NCBI GenBank assembly: GCA_002269645.1
Contig: NIVC01002357.1
Location: 1 to 31,187, forward strand
Reading direction: 5' to 3'
Length of the DNA stretch: 31,187 bases
Source of the DNA: Macrostomum lignano
Lineage: Eukaryota
Every line of letters starts with the position of its first letter. Position 1 is the first letter of the stretch. A program made the position numbers and the translations under genes. The notes beneath the pieces are model-generated. The model was given only the letters and a program-made list of their open reading frames with translations, searched no databases and had not been told where the DNA came from. Positions 16,713 through 27,796 of the stretch are shown here, in pieces.

Positions 16713-19253
16713 ATGCCATCATCTGGCAAGAAGGGCGGCAAGGGTGACAAGGAGAAGCGAAAGCGCGAGGCCGAGGAGCGCAGACGAATAGCAGAGGAGG
16801 AGGAGCGAATTCGCCAGGAGCAAGAGGAGCGGGAGCGCAGGAAACGCGAGAAAACGGAGGCTGAAGAGCGCAAGAAGCGGGAGAAGGCGGAGCAGAAGGT
16901 GCGCATAGTAGAGCTGGCCCAGCTGCGCGCTCTGCTTGGCGGCTACCACGCCAGCCGGGATGCCCATTTTGCCGCTCTGCGCCGCGACGAGCGCTGGCGT
17001 CGCTACCTGCGCTGCGACGGCTCTCCGGACCCGGTGGTGCTGCCCGAGATCAACACCTACATGGTGGCCTGGCGCGAGGACGACAAGCGGGTGCTTATCG
17101 AGGACGTGCTTGAAGACTCCAAGCCCTGTCTGGGCTTAATCGCCGAGCTCGAGGACCACCTGGCTGATGATGAAGCCAGTCCGGAGCAGGTGCGGCAGTA
17201 CCGCGGCACCATCGCCGATCTGCAGGCGCTGCTGCAGCAGAAGCTCAGCCGGGCAACCTACGAGATGCTGAGGCGGGGCGCCAACGCGGCAGACTCCGAG
17301 ACCATGAACCTGCAGGCCGTGTGGCGCAGCGACACGATCTGCCTGTGCCTGTGGGGCAACCTTAGCAAGAATCCGCGCATCAAGACATTCGAGTTCCCCG
17401 AGTCCGGCATCGGCTTCGACATTCCCAAGGCGTTGACAAAGGTTGGTTGCGCCTACCAGTTCCTGCTCACCACCTTCGACCATTACTCGCCCCAGTCGGC
17501 CAGTTTCTACGCTGTACCAATCAAAAAGGAAGAAGAGGTGGAGCCAGTTGTCGAGGAGGCCGAAGCGGCGGACGAGGCGGAGGGCGAGGGCGAAGGAGCT
17601 GAGAAGGGAGAAGAGCAGGTGGAAGAAGAGCCGGTCCGGGAACCGACTATGGACCTGATGGCGGAGCTGCAGCGAATGGACGGCGAGGAGCCGGAGGAGA
17701 AGGAGCCAGAGCCTGAGCCGGAGGAGGAGCTCGAGACGCCTGAAGAGGACCTCTGCGTGTCGCCACCACCAATGGAGTTCGAGGACTTCGATGGCGAAGA
17801 GGACGCAATGGATCTTCGCGGGTATCACACAATCGGCCCGGTGATGCAGTTCAACATTCTCCAGCTGCCGCCGCAGCCGCAGAACAAACGCGGCTGGACG
17901 ATCGTGCAGCACCTGGTGCCGCCTCAGCCAGTGAGCTTCGACTATCACCCCCAGCCGATTGTGCGCAAGGAACTCGAGGAGCTGCAGCAGCCCGACGAAG
18001 CCGGCGACGTGAATTCGGTGACTGAAGGCAGCAACCCAACGACTGTGAGCAACCAACTCACCGCCACCAGCACGCAGCAGCAAGCAGCCAACAAGAAGCA
18101 GCCAGAGATTGAGAATCCGCCAATTTCGGTGAGCTTCAAGCTCCCATCGAATGTGTTCTATGCCGAGGAACCTAAGGTGGCTTGCTGGGACGCCGAGCGC
18201 AAGGAGTGGCGCACGGACGGCATCGAGGTGACCAAATTCGACGAGGACAAGCGCGTCCTGAATTTCCGCACTTCGGTGTTCGGCACTCTGGGCTTCCTGC
18301 AGGACTTCCACATCAATATGCCATTCCAGCAGTGGGAGCTTCGGCCGCTCGGCACCCGCAGCTGCCGGCTGAGCATCATCGCCAGTATCAACGAAGTGGC
18401 AATCAATGTCAAGGAGGACCTGGTCTGCATCCCGGAGACGCCATCAGACGCGGCTGAAGACAGTCCGGAAGCAGATCCGGAGGTGCAGCTGGGCAAGCGG
18501 GAGCTTTCGCACCTGGAGGGCAAATGGATGCCTGTCAGAAGCCTCATCGCCTGTCTGCGTGCCGCAGGCGTTAACCTGTTCCCGCGCGAGGACTCGTCCA
18601 AGCACGTGGATGTGCCCGACAAGAGCAGCATTGCAGAACAGCGCCTCTACGAGCAGATGGCCCTGCTCAGCCCAGCCATGGCTTTTGCCTGGAGCCGCTG
18701 GAACTCGGAAATCAAGGATCGCGATTCGCTCATCGTACAGGTGAATTATTTTCAAATTGGGTCAAACCCTATAGATACCGCACCCTGAGAGTTCTCTACA
18801 TGCAGGTAATGAAATTGGCTATGCGCAAACGTCATAGGACTTGATCACCCATTTGACTTATTAGGATTTTTATAAGCCACAGTAAAGAGTGAACGGCGGG
18901 AGCAACCTTTGATTCGTTGAAAACCTCGTCATCTTATTAGTTTAGCATCGAAAACATCGAAAATTGACGTCCCACAGGCCTGCGAGCACATGGAGGACTG
19001 CTCGGTTAACGAAGATGACTATTACCTATTCACCGTCACCCGGAGACACGTCCGCCGGCTCAAGATCAAGGAGTTCGCCGAGGAGTTCAGCGACGAGCCG
19101 GACGAGGCGGTTGGTTATCACGCGGATTTCTACAATTCGTTCCAAGAGTTCAGCAGCCAAGAGGCCAAGGACAGGGTGGCCGAGGTGGACTTCCAGTACC
19201 TCAAGACCGTTACGGACCTCCTGTCGGCCACCCGGATGCTGGTGTTCTCATGA
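16713..19253 (+). CDS. DNAI7: Dynein axonemal intermediate chain 7 / CASC1 (Las1) homolog, ~767 aa; exons 16713-18740 and 18978-19253
   Basis: N-terminal K/E/R coiled coil followed by ERWRRYLRCDGSPDP..EINTYM..W (Casc1_N-like), LCLWGNLSKNPRIK, PKVACWD..W..DGI, NMPFQQWELRP, FAWSRWN and C-terminal TDLLSATRMLVFS*. The donor CAG|GTGAAT at 18740/18741 and the acceptor cccacag|GCC at 18977/18978 join in phase 0 (..LIVQ|ACEHM..). Confidence 0.9.
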
Positions 19254-19748
19254 GCCCGATGGCTGCATACATGTAGCTTAACCTGTGCTCACTGGTGTCC
19301 TTTAAATATCTCGGCGAAAGTTTAAAACAATGACTTTTTAATGTTTTAAAGAACAAGATGCTCTTCTGTGAAACCGCTTTTCTATTTCCGTTGCTTAATC
19401 CAAAAATGTGCGAATGCCGACTTCAAATAGACGCCTGCACAGAGTAAATAATGTAAGAGTTTACAGTAGACATGAATTCCGTTTAATTTAGGCTACGCTC
19501 GTACATGTGTAACAGCGTTCTGAAGTAGCTCAGTCATTTCTATCCTACAGGTGTCAAAGAAGGTCTTCGAAGTTAATTAGATTCGATGCAGACTGGAGTA
19601 AGAACTCGCTGACACGGTTGAAATCGAGGTGAACTATTAAAAAATGCAAAATAAGCCCTTTGCAGATCGTCTTGGATGCTTGTCCGTCGTCTTTGGGGCT
19701 TGGGCACCCAAAATTAGCCGCGAGTGGTCGTGCGATTCACACAACAAC

Positions 19749-19890
19749 GAGGGCCAACCCACGAAGGCACAGATTGAGTGTACATATCTGACGATTAGAA
19801 ATTCAAAGGGCCGCTGCACACCCTTTGTGAGCGTCTGCGTGAGTATTGGCGCGATTGCATTTGCTCAAGGAGTCCGCGGGATGGGCAGAA
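19749..19890 (+). repeat. Dispersed repeat fragment homologous to the body of the putative SINE at 26321-26492
   Basis: By-eye alignment gives shared blocks agtgtacatRtctRacga, agggccgctgYacac, tgtgagYgt and tgctca..gagtc.gcgg.atg.gcag, in the same orientation, at roughly 70-75% identity. Confidence 0.65.
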
Positions 19891-19909
19891 TTATTTATAA
19901 CTTATTTTT

Positions 19910-20526
19910 ATCTAACAACAACAACAACAACAACAAACTATAGCAACGCAACTTGGCTTGCCCACTTGCCCAGGCAAGCCAAGTTGGGTTGGGTTGTCAA
20001 AAGGCGCGCGCAAGCGCAGATTTGCGCAGAATAGCGAGTCCGCGGGGGTTGGAGATTTCAGCGGCTCTTAAAAGCAGGTCGACGAAACGCGGACTTCTCG
20101 CCTGACCAAGCCGCCGCGGCCCTTGAATGGATAGCAGCAGCACGTCTTGAAGCGGCTCAGGGCAGTACTGCTCTGCCCGGATGACCTGGCTGGCCAGCTG
20201 TAGGCGCCGGATGCGCAGGGCTGGGTCGGGAGAGCTGGGCCCGTCGGTATAACTCGTCATTGCTGGTGTTGGTGGTGGCGGTCGGCGAGTAGTGGACACT
20301 GAAGGCGGCTCTCAGGAGTCCAGCGTGAACGGCGTCGAGTTGCCGCTCCTGCGGGCCGGTCAGTGTCCACGTTTCAGCATTGTAAAGGAGGACGGTTTCA
20401 ATGACGGCCTGGAACAGCCGCCCTCTCAGCCGATCCGGCAGGGCGGGGCTCTGCAGGACAGTCCGCACGGTGCGGAATGCGCCCCAGGCAAGCGCCCTGC
20501 GTCGTGCTATGTCCTCCGTGATCTAA
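19910..20526 (-). mobile_element. 5'-truncated non-LTR retrotransposon (RTE-like LINE), 3' end only, frameshifted
   Basis: The minus strand encodes EDIARRRALAWGAFRTVRTVLQS..RLFQAVIETVLLYNAETWTL..LLRAAF..SNDELY, then after a frameshift LRIRRLQLASQVIR. These are typical post-RT C-terminal motifs. The stop ends at 19997, followed by a short 3' UTR with a hairpin and a (GTT)7 tail (plus-strand AAC x7, 19914-19934). A candidate 6-bp TSD ATCTAA lies at 19910-19915 and 20521-20526. Confidence 0.85.
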
Positions 20527-21005
20527 GTAAAACGTGAAGTTAACCAAATGCAACTAAGAACTTATTTGCAATCGAAAATTGAGTCGTAAATGACCACCAG
20601 GTCAACTCGTATTTGAGAGCAATTTATATTTTTCGCTAGCCAAACAAACTAAATAACATTATAAGAACAGATGTGGAACAAACCAATAATCAACGTTAGC
20701 TAGGCGTTGCTGCTAGTTGGGCGTCAATGATTTCAGTTCAGAGGTGTGAACACATCTGCACAGGTGTAGTCAGGTATTTTGAATCAGAGAGTCATTAATG
20801 GGGATTGCAGCAGTACAGAGAGATGTTTGATGGAGGTGCACAATGGACTGGCAAGTCCCTTTAGGTGGAACTCCAAGCAAAGATGAGGACACTTTTCTTA
20901 GAAAATGCTTGAAAGTTTGTTGTCATTCTGTATGACATTTATAAACTTTCAAGTTCTCAACAGCGTGTCCATTCCATCTACTTTGAGCAGTGCAGTGGCG
21001 CTCAG

Positions 21006-23024
21006 TTAGCCCTTCTTCACAATGAGCGGGCCGACATTGTCTCCAGTGTCCTTGTTGTGCTGATTGTGCGTCCCATCGCAGTAGGGAAACTGCTTGGACC
21101 GCCAGCACCTGCACATGCACACTTTGTCGCCAGAGATCTCTTCAATGTCCACCGTGTTCACAACCTTGTCTTTGTCCTTCTGCACACTCCAGTTCACTGG
21201 CTGGCTGTGGCTGCTGGCACTGCTGCCAGCAGACTTGCTGGAGAATTTGTAGCGACAGGTGGTGTACACAGAGTAGGCTAGGAAACCAGATGCACCAGTG
21301 AACAGCGTCAGCTTAGCAAGCTCAGATGCTGTGAAATCAATAAGCAAGAATATCAATTAGTTAATTTCAGTGAAATGTCATATGCCTGTTAAAAGTAGAT
21401 TGCAATTGTAGAAAATTATTCAAAAACCAAAAAATTCTATCATACATGGGTCTATTTTGAAGCAACTCCAAAGATAAAATGAAAACTGTTTTTAACTTAT
21501 ACTACTTATTGAAATATAAGTGAACATTCATAAACCTTTGTATGCATGGTAACTAGAAATAGAATGAATAGAATTATATAATAATGCAATGAAGATGATA
21601 AGAAAGGGAGCAGCTCTTAGGGATAAAGGGGTAAGCCTATATTTTATTAACAAATTTGATTGGTTACCCACAGATACTAAAATGACTAGATAGGCCACTC
21701 AAGCATATACTTAGTACGCTTAGTAGGCTAGAACTAGAACAACTGAGGAGGGTAATAAAAATTGGGTGATAGGGTGAGGATAGAGGTTCTGCATAAAGTT
21801 TGAGTGTTAAAACTTGGAAGTAAAAGCCAGTAAATGAACCTTATCTTTAAAAATACATAAAATGCTTCATTTTAACTTACACTACTGAACTGAAAGTAGC
21901 TTGTATACAGATGTGCTCTGAGTGGCTTATTTAGTTATTCTGGTATTTGTAGGTTATCTTTGTAATCCTTTTAAAGCTCATGCTAAAAGGATAAGGCTAC
22001 TCCTCATATCTCCTAATTATTTAGCTACACTGTATATAAACTATGATAGAAGTTTCTAGTGTGACTTATTCAATTATTAAGTAATTGTTAACCAAAGTCC
22101 AAACTATGCTAGGTGCAACCCAAAAAAACAAATTGAAGAGTTAGAAATGCATGCAAAAATTGAGTACAAGCTCACTTTCTCAAATCTAGGCCTGTGTTGC
22201 GACAATAAATGATCTTTTTGGTTTATAATTTGGTTGATTTTTATCTTTCTTGTTTTATACAATTTATAGCAGAAAATCAATATGTATAAACATTTGTTTT
22301 AATACATTATTAATGAGCTTAAAAGCCAAAAAGTTAGAAATTTATGCTTAAATATGAATATTTAAATCTTTAATCCACTTAACACTAACTTTTCCATGTT
22401 ATTCCATGGATTGCATGCTAGGTATGCACATATACTTTTTTCTTAAGTCATATAAGCCAACTGTGCATATTTAACTTTAGGCATGCAAGGCCAATTCATG
22501 CCCAAATTTTCTGGCATATACAGGTATACTACATGATCCAGAATGTGGATTATTATAATTTAAGATCATCAATTATATTGATGAAATATAATACATTTAC
22601 TACTAATATGGCAATAGAAAATTTTATACAATAATGGCATTCAGCCTATATAAGGCCAATTTCGGGCCAACTGCTATTTCATAACATTTTTCATTAAGTT
22701 ACTATAAATTCAGGAGGTCGGGTCGGGTGCAACAAAATAACCAGATTTATCTTAGGGTTAGGCCTAGTTAGATAAATTGAATGCTGGAAACAAGTGTCAA
22801 CAAAATTTGCTTTCATTATATTGAAAAATTAACAGCAAACGTTGGTTGGCTATTTATGCTACTTTTTATTCATCGTTTTTGTCTTGTTAAAAAGAATATC
22901 ACTTAAAAATATTAAATAATTGACGTACCTGAAAGTTTAAAAATCCAAAGAAGCTATCAGGCACAGGAACATTTCGTAGAGTATCAGGAACTAATTCCGT
23001 GATAAAGCGACGATAAAAATTCAT
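21006..23024 (-). CDS. CISD2: CDGSH iron-sulfur domain protein, CISD2/Miner1-like; exons complement(22929-23024, 21006-21328); 1-nt frameshift in exon 1 as sequenced
   Basis: Exon 2 has the TM helix, the [11 protein letters not shown] segment and the motif [32 protein letters not shown]. Exon 1 reads [28 protein letters not shown].., matching the CISD2 N-terminus (LPAYLKRLPVPESITGF). The donor is CAG|GTACGT and the acceptor ttcacag|CA. The phases differ by 1 nt (see findings). Confidence 0.9.
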
Positions 23025-24575
23025 GAATACGACTTGAAAACAAATATTAGTTAAAAATTATTTATATTTATTTTTCGGACTACAGACTTTTTGTCAATTT
23101 TATAATTAAATACAGAGCTTGGCAAATTAAACAAGCTTCAATGTAAAATGATCAAGTCATTTGTTTCTAAGAAAATCTAAGTTAAAAATCACAACCTAGT
23201 TTCTGTGAAAAATTTTGAGACGAAAAAGGTAAGCTAGAACAAAGAGACAAGTGTATATTTAAGTATTTTGAATGATTAAAACGTAAAGCCCATGCTTTCA
23301 GCTAAAATTTTCTTGGTAACTGTAAATGGTGTTTAAATAAAATATACAAACAATTTAAAATAGAATTTCGACGGAAGCTATCGTCAGAGCCGCAATCTTC
23401 CTATATACTAAAATAATACTATATTAGAAGATACTAGATCGGAATAATATAATAATATAAAATGAAGAATACAGTAATATAAAATATAATATAATTCTAA
23501 AATACTAAATGTGAGTGGCATAACTACGATTTTCCGTTGCGATTCATACGAGCTACATTGGCTGGTTGGTCTGTAAACCAATGTTTGTAATTCGGAAGTT
23601 CATAAATAATTAGATATATACCATTTTAGGGCTAAAAAACTAAACAGAAAAATTTACTGTATTGGGTAATGAATTTAAGACGACACCCGGCATTCATGCA
23701 GTGAAAATCCAGCGATTCCCAAGTGCAGTGTCTTATACTTTAGTTGTCCATACGGGTACATCCCCGCCCCCCACTATCTCAGTAGCTACAATGAAAACGC
23801 GTACTTATGACACGGACTGTCGGCAGGAATCGAGCATGGTAATTCCGTACGTGTGTGTGCAAGCCAAGGACTAACTCAAGTAGTTTTTAATTGCGAGCTA
23901 CAATGGAATGAGGTATAGTATAGCAACATGAACAAGGACAAACATCAAGACTGAAGTGGATAGCAATCTCGTACATGTAGTACTGTATATTTGCGTTGGT
24001 CTCTCGATCTTTCTATGCAATTGTATATAAGAGAGCCGAGAGGAGCTATAGAAGCTATTATTAAGGAGCTCGGAGTGTAACTTAGCTGAGTTTCGCGTGC
24101 TATAGATTTAGAGTCAATAATTATATATGTACTTAACACATGTAGCTACATGTGCATGCAGTTAGGACAAATAGTTGCTTTAAGTACTGGCTACAAAACA
24201 TTCGACTTGACTCGCTAATGAGCTAGGATCTTTTACAACAAGCAAGCAATAAGCGTGAAATACAAAAAGAGATTGTATAAGCATTAATTTGAAGACACCG
24301 ACAAGCAAACCTGCCAGTGCTAAAAATAACACAGTGATAAGGGTCAGATGCAATTAATTGAGAGAATTATACGGAAACGTTTAACAGCAGGCACGTTCAA
24401 CACAGCTTCGGTTGCAAATAAAATTCTGGCCACTTAATAATTGATAGAACAGATGTCCCCGTGAAGGATACTTGACGGACTCCAATCACAAAGCTACATT
24501 TGGGTACTGAGTTGCTAAGGAAAAACTGACAACAGTGACAATTTTTCAAATCCAATGCTGCATCACAGAACTCCA

Positions 24576-25499
24576 TCAGCGCAGAATGACAGCGAGTTTA
24601 TCCGCACTTTGTACGCTCAGCTTCCAAGTGACGTTATGTGAGGTGGTGTACAATAGCCGCGGCGGCGAGGTCATGTTGCCGCCGGCCCAGTCGACAGCGC
24701 AGCCGTCGGTTACGTCGAGAGCTACCATGAGGCCGAGATCGCCCGAGCAGCCGCCGTAAGCATAATTGATGAACCAGCGACGCTCGAGTATGCCATCAGA
24801 ATGACCTTCGATGCTGAAGTAGTTGAAGGTCCTGCTGGCAAGGTCGGTGACGGGCCAGCTGGCCTTCAGCCGGTCCCGAGAGAACCAGTTGGTCCTGTTT
24901 AGCTCGTGAGGCGACGCTGAGAGGTCGAAGGTGACCTTCACGACGACGGAGTCGGCGACAGAGAGCTGGACGACGGCCTCCTTGAAGGTGAGCTTCGGCG
25001 CTACGGTGGGCAGCTGGTCGATGGCGCTGGCGCGGAACAGGTCGGGCAGGAGGCTGGCGGACCCGGGTGTGCCCTGGACGGCGGAGCCGTTGCTGCGGCT
25101 CGGCGAGTCGACCAGATCGAACGACTTGACGCCGACGCCCGCTCGGATGCTCAGCGCGAGGAAGCCGCGCTCGGCGATGTCGCAGGACACGAGGCAGCGG
25201 CCCCCTGCCGAGGCCGAGACGGGGCAGGCGGCGAAGTCGCCGCAGTCGGTCGGGCGACGCTCGCAGACACCGGCGGCGGCGTCCCACGTGACCGACTCGC
25301 CCGCGGCGGCTCCCGTCGGCTGCGGCAGGTCCGGCCGGAAGCAGCCGCGGACGCCTTGGCTGCCGCTGGCGACTCGAACCGGCGGCTCGCAGATCGATGC
25401 GAACTGCGACTCCGTGAAGCAGCCGAGCTGTCCGGCGGCGGCCCCGGCGGCCAGCAGCAGCGCCAGGCACGTCAGGAGTGTCGCACCGGACGACTTCAT
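24576..25499 (-). CDS. Secreted Cys-rich protein of unknown function, paralogue A (307 aa), intronless
   Basis: ATG, then a hydrophobic signal peptide (LLTCLALLLAAGAAAG), 8 Cys in the N-terminal part and a C-terminal WFSRDRL..DL..FSIEG..RRWFINYAYGGC..D.G..C module. Codon usage is GC3-rich like the other real genes, and two paralogues conserve the frame. Confidence 0.85.
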   Translation of the reverse strand: MKSSGATLLTCLALLLAAGAAAGQLGCFTESQFASICEPPVRVASGSQGVRGCFRPDLPQPTGAAAGESVTWDAAAGVCERRPTDCGDFAACPVSASAGGRCLVSCDIAERGFLALSIRAGVGVKSFDLVDSPSRSNGSAVQGTPGSASLLPDLFRASAIDQLPTVAPKLTFKEAVVQLSVADSVVVKVTFDLSASPHELNRTNWFSRDRLKASWPVTDLASRTFNYFSIEGHSDGILERRWFINYAYGGCSGDLGLMVALDVTDGCAVDWAGGNMTSPPRLLYTTSHNVTWKLSVQSADKLAVILR

Positions 25500-26187
25500 T
25501 GTTCAGTGCAAGTCTATGTCAGTGGTTTGGCCAGTCGATTTTTCTCTTCCAGTTTTGAGCGGCTCTAACGCTTGCTGGTTTTAGAGCATTTATTTCGCTT
25601 GCTGCCGGATCCAGCAAAACTTTTTGCGGATTGGCTGGGGGATTTTGGTCTCGCCCTGCAGACTCATCAATTATTGGGCACGGCCATCTTTGCAGGACTC
25701 CGGAGATCCGCAAGACGGCTGTTTTGACAACGAAGTGAGGGGCTTGCAAGCTGAGTTGCTGTACTCTTCAAATTGCAAGAGTGGAAAAGTTTGCGTCCGA
25801 TTAGGCATAGAAAACCTGCTTACTCAGGCTACGTTAAAAAGAATTTGAAGCAGCAATGTTAGCTACTAAGCACGCATTATTGTTCCCTCCTGGGGACCAG
25901 CGGCTGCGGATTAATTAATTAATGATGAGGCTACTCAGGAAGACTGGCTGGAGGAAGAGGCAACTGTTTCAGGCAGAAACTTTTCTTAACAAGTGGAGGA
26001 CTTTAAACTGTTTCGACTGCAAGAAATTGCCAGCCAAAGTATTGGAGAGGCGCGCTGGACTCTGCGACTAAGAGGCAGAATTCGTTTTCAAAATAAATGT
26101 ACATTTATGCATTCCATGTGGAGTTTCTAGACCGAACACTTTTACCCGTTGTAAAAGAAGACAATTGGTGCAAAATCCGTTGTTGTC

Positions 26188-26500
26188 GTTGTGGCAGCCT
26201 AGTAGTCCAGTGCGGTGTTCTGATGTGCCAACGGCCCAGGTTCGATTCCAAGTGCAGTCACATTAATTTGAGGCTAAATTTGAATCTCGGCTTGACTCTG
26301 CTCGTGCAATTAACGCACTTGAAGGTCAACTCCCAAGGCAAAGTGAAGTGTACATGTCTAACGACAAAGAAAGTTAGGGCCGCTGTACACTCCTGTGTGA
26401 GTGTGTGTGCCTGTGCGTATGACTGAGTACGTATCCGCGCGCTTGGACCCTTGGAGTGTGCCTGCTCAGGTGAGTCGGCGGAATGTGCAGTAATGCCTCT
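26188..26500 (+). mobile_element. Putative tRNA-derived SINE (degenerate tRNA head 26188-26260 plus body shared with 19749-19890)
   Basis: Perfect B-box GGTTCGATTCC at 26239-26249 and an A-box-like CAGCCTAGTAG at 26195-26205. Spacing is tRNA-like (position 8 to T54 = 46 nt), but the acceptor and T stems do not pair, so this is not a functional tRNA. The downstream body has a second diverged copy in the window. Confidence 0.55.
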
Positions 26501-26954
26501 CGCAGGTTGTGCGACAATGTCGCTTAATGTGCGCCAGTGTGCACACACCATCCTGCCTCTAATAAAACACGAGTAAAAGAAGTCTAGCACATATTCGAAC
26601 TTCATTTGCAATGCGGCAGGACAGAAGGTGAGAAGTCAATTTACCGCTACGCAACTGATAATCCCCCCCTATTACCGATAATGCAAATTCAGACAAAGCT
26701 GGCCATATTTGCCAGCCATTTAATTCGCACTGGACATTGTCTCTTGGCCTTGACAATTCCTTAAAATCTTTGCATACGTGACTGACATTTAGGATACCAA
26801 AACATTGATAGTTAAATTTAAGTTTTTACGGATTTATTGATATTTGCAAAGACTGGTTACCATAGCAGTATAAGGTATCGAACCTGAAGTAGAAGAGCGG
26901 CAATTATAGATGTTGTGCTACTAACTATCTGCACTGAACCATAGAAGATTCATT

Positions 26955-27490
26955 GCACGTCGCAACGCCTCTGGATCTCCTCCAGGCTTCCCTCTGCACG
27001 TCCCAACGCCTCTGGATCTCCTCCAGGCTTCCCTCTGCACGTCGCAACGCCTCTGGATCTCCTCCAGGCTTCCCTCTGCACGTCGCAACGCCTCTGGATC
27101 TCTCCAGGCTTCCCTCTGCACGTCCCAACGCCTATCTGGATCTCTCCAGGCTTCCCTGTGCACGTCCCAACGCCTCTGGATCTCTTCAGGCTTCCCTGTG
27201 CACGTCCCAACGCCTCTGGATCTCTCCAGGCTTCCCTGTGCACGTCCCAACGCCTCTGGATCTCCTCCAGGCTTCCCTCTGCACGTCCCAACGCCTCTGG
27301 ATCTCCTCCAGGCTTCCCTCTGCACGTCCCAACGCCTCTGGATCTCCTCCAGGCTTCCCTCTGCACGTCCCAACGCCTCTGGATCTCTCCAGGCTTCCCT
27401 CTGCACGTCCCAACGCCTCTGGATCTCCTCCAGGCTTCACCCATCGCGTCCCAACGCCTATGGATTTGCGGGCTTCACTCATCGTGTCCC
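26955..27490. repeat. 41-bp (40-43 bp variants) tandem array, ~12 copies plus degenerate terminal units (GCACGTCCCAACGCCTCTGGATCTCCTCCAGGCTTCCCTCT)
   Basis: The gcacgt anchor falls at 26955 and 26996 (41-bp spacing). The array lies between paralogues A and B. Confidence 0.97.
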
Positions 27491-27796
27491 AAAGTCTAAA
27501 TAAAACTCATTTGCGTCAAATTTATAGTACTGAGGCCGAGCTTCCAAGCCGACCACAGTCACCACATCTGAAATATATTTCCTCAAAGATGAAACTTCGT
27601 TCTACTGATAATAAACTGACTGGATAGCAAGGAATTCTTTAGACTAAATTGCAGCCGGGCTCAGAATTTAAGACAGAAAGAGCATTACTGTGCATTGTGC
27701 GCAAGTTTCGGATTGCAAAACATTCGGTCTAAAATGGATAACACTGCCAGCAGCAGCCACCCTCTGCACTGCCAGCTCACACTGGTTTCAGGCAGC

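Noticed and set aside
26188-26260. Functional tRNA gene
   Set aside because: The B-box is perfect, but the acceptor stem and T-stem cannot base-pair. Reported instead as a SINE-like head.
26921-27627. ORFs of 100-224 aa across the 41-bp array
   Set aside because: Repeat translations that cycle through frames because the unit length is not a multiple of 3.
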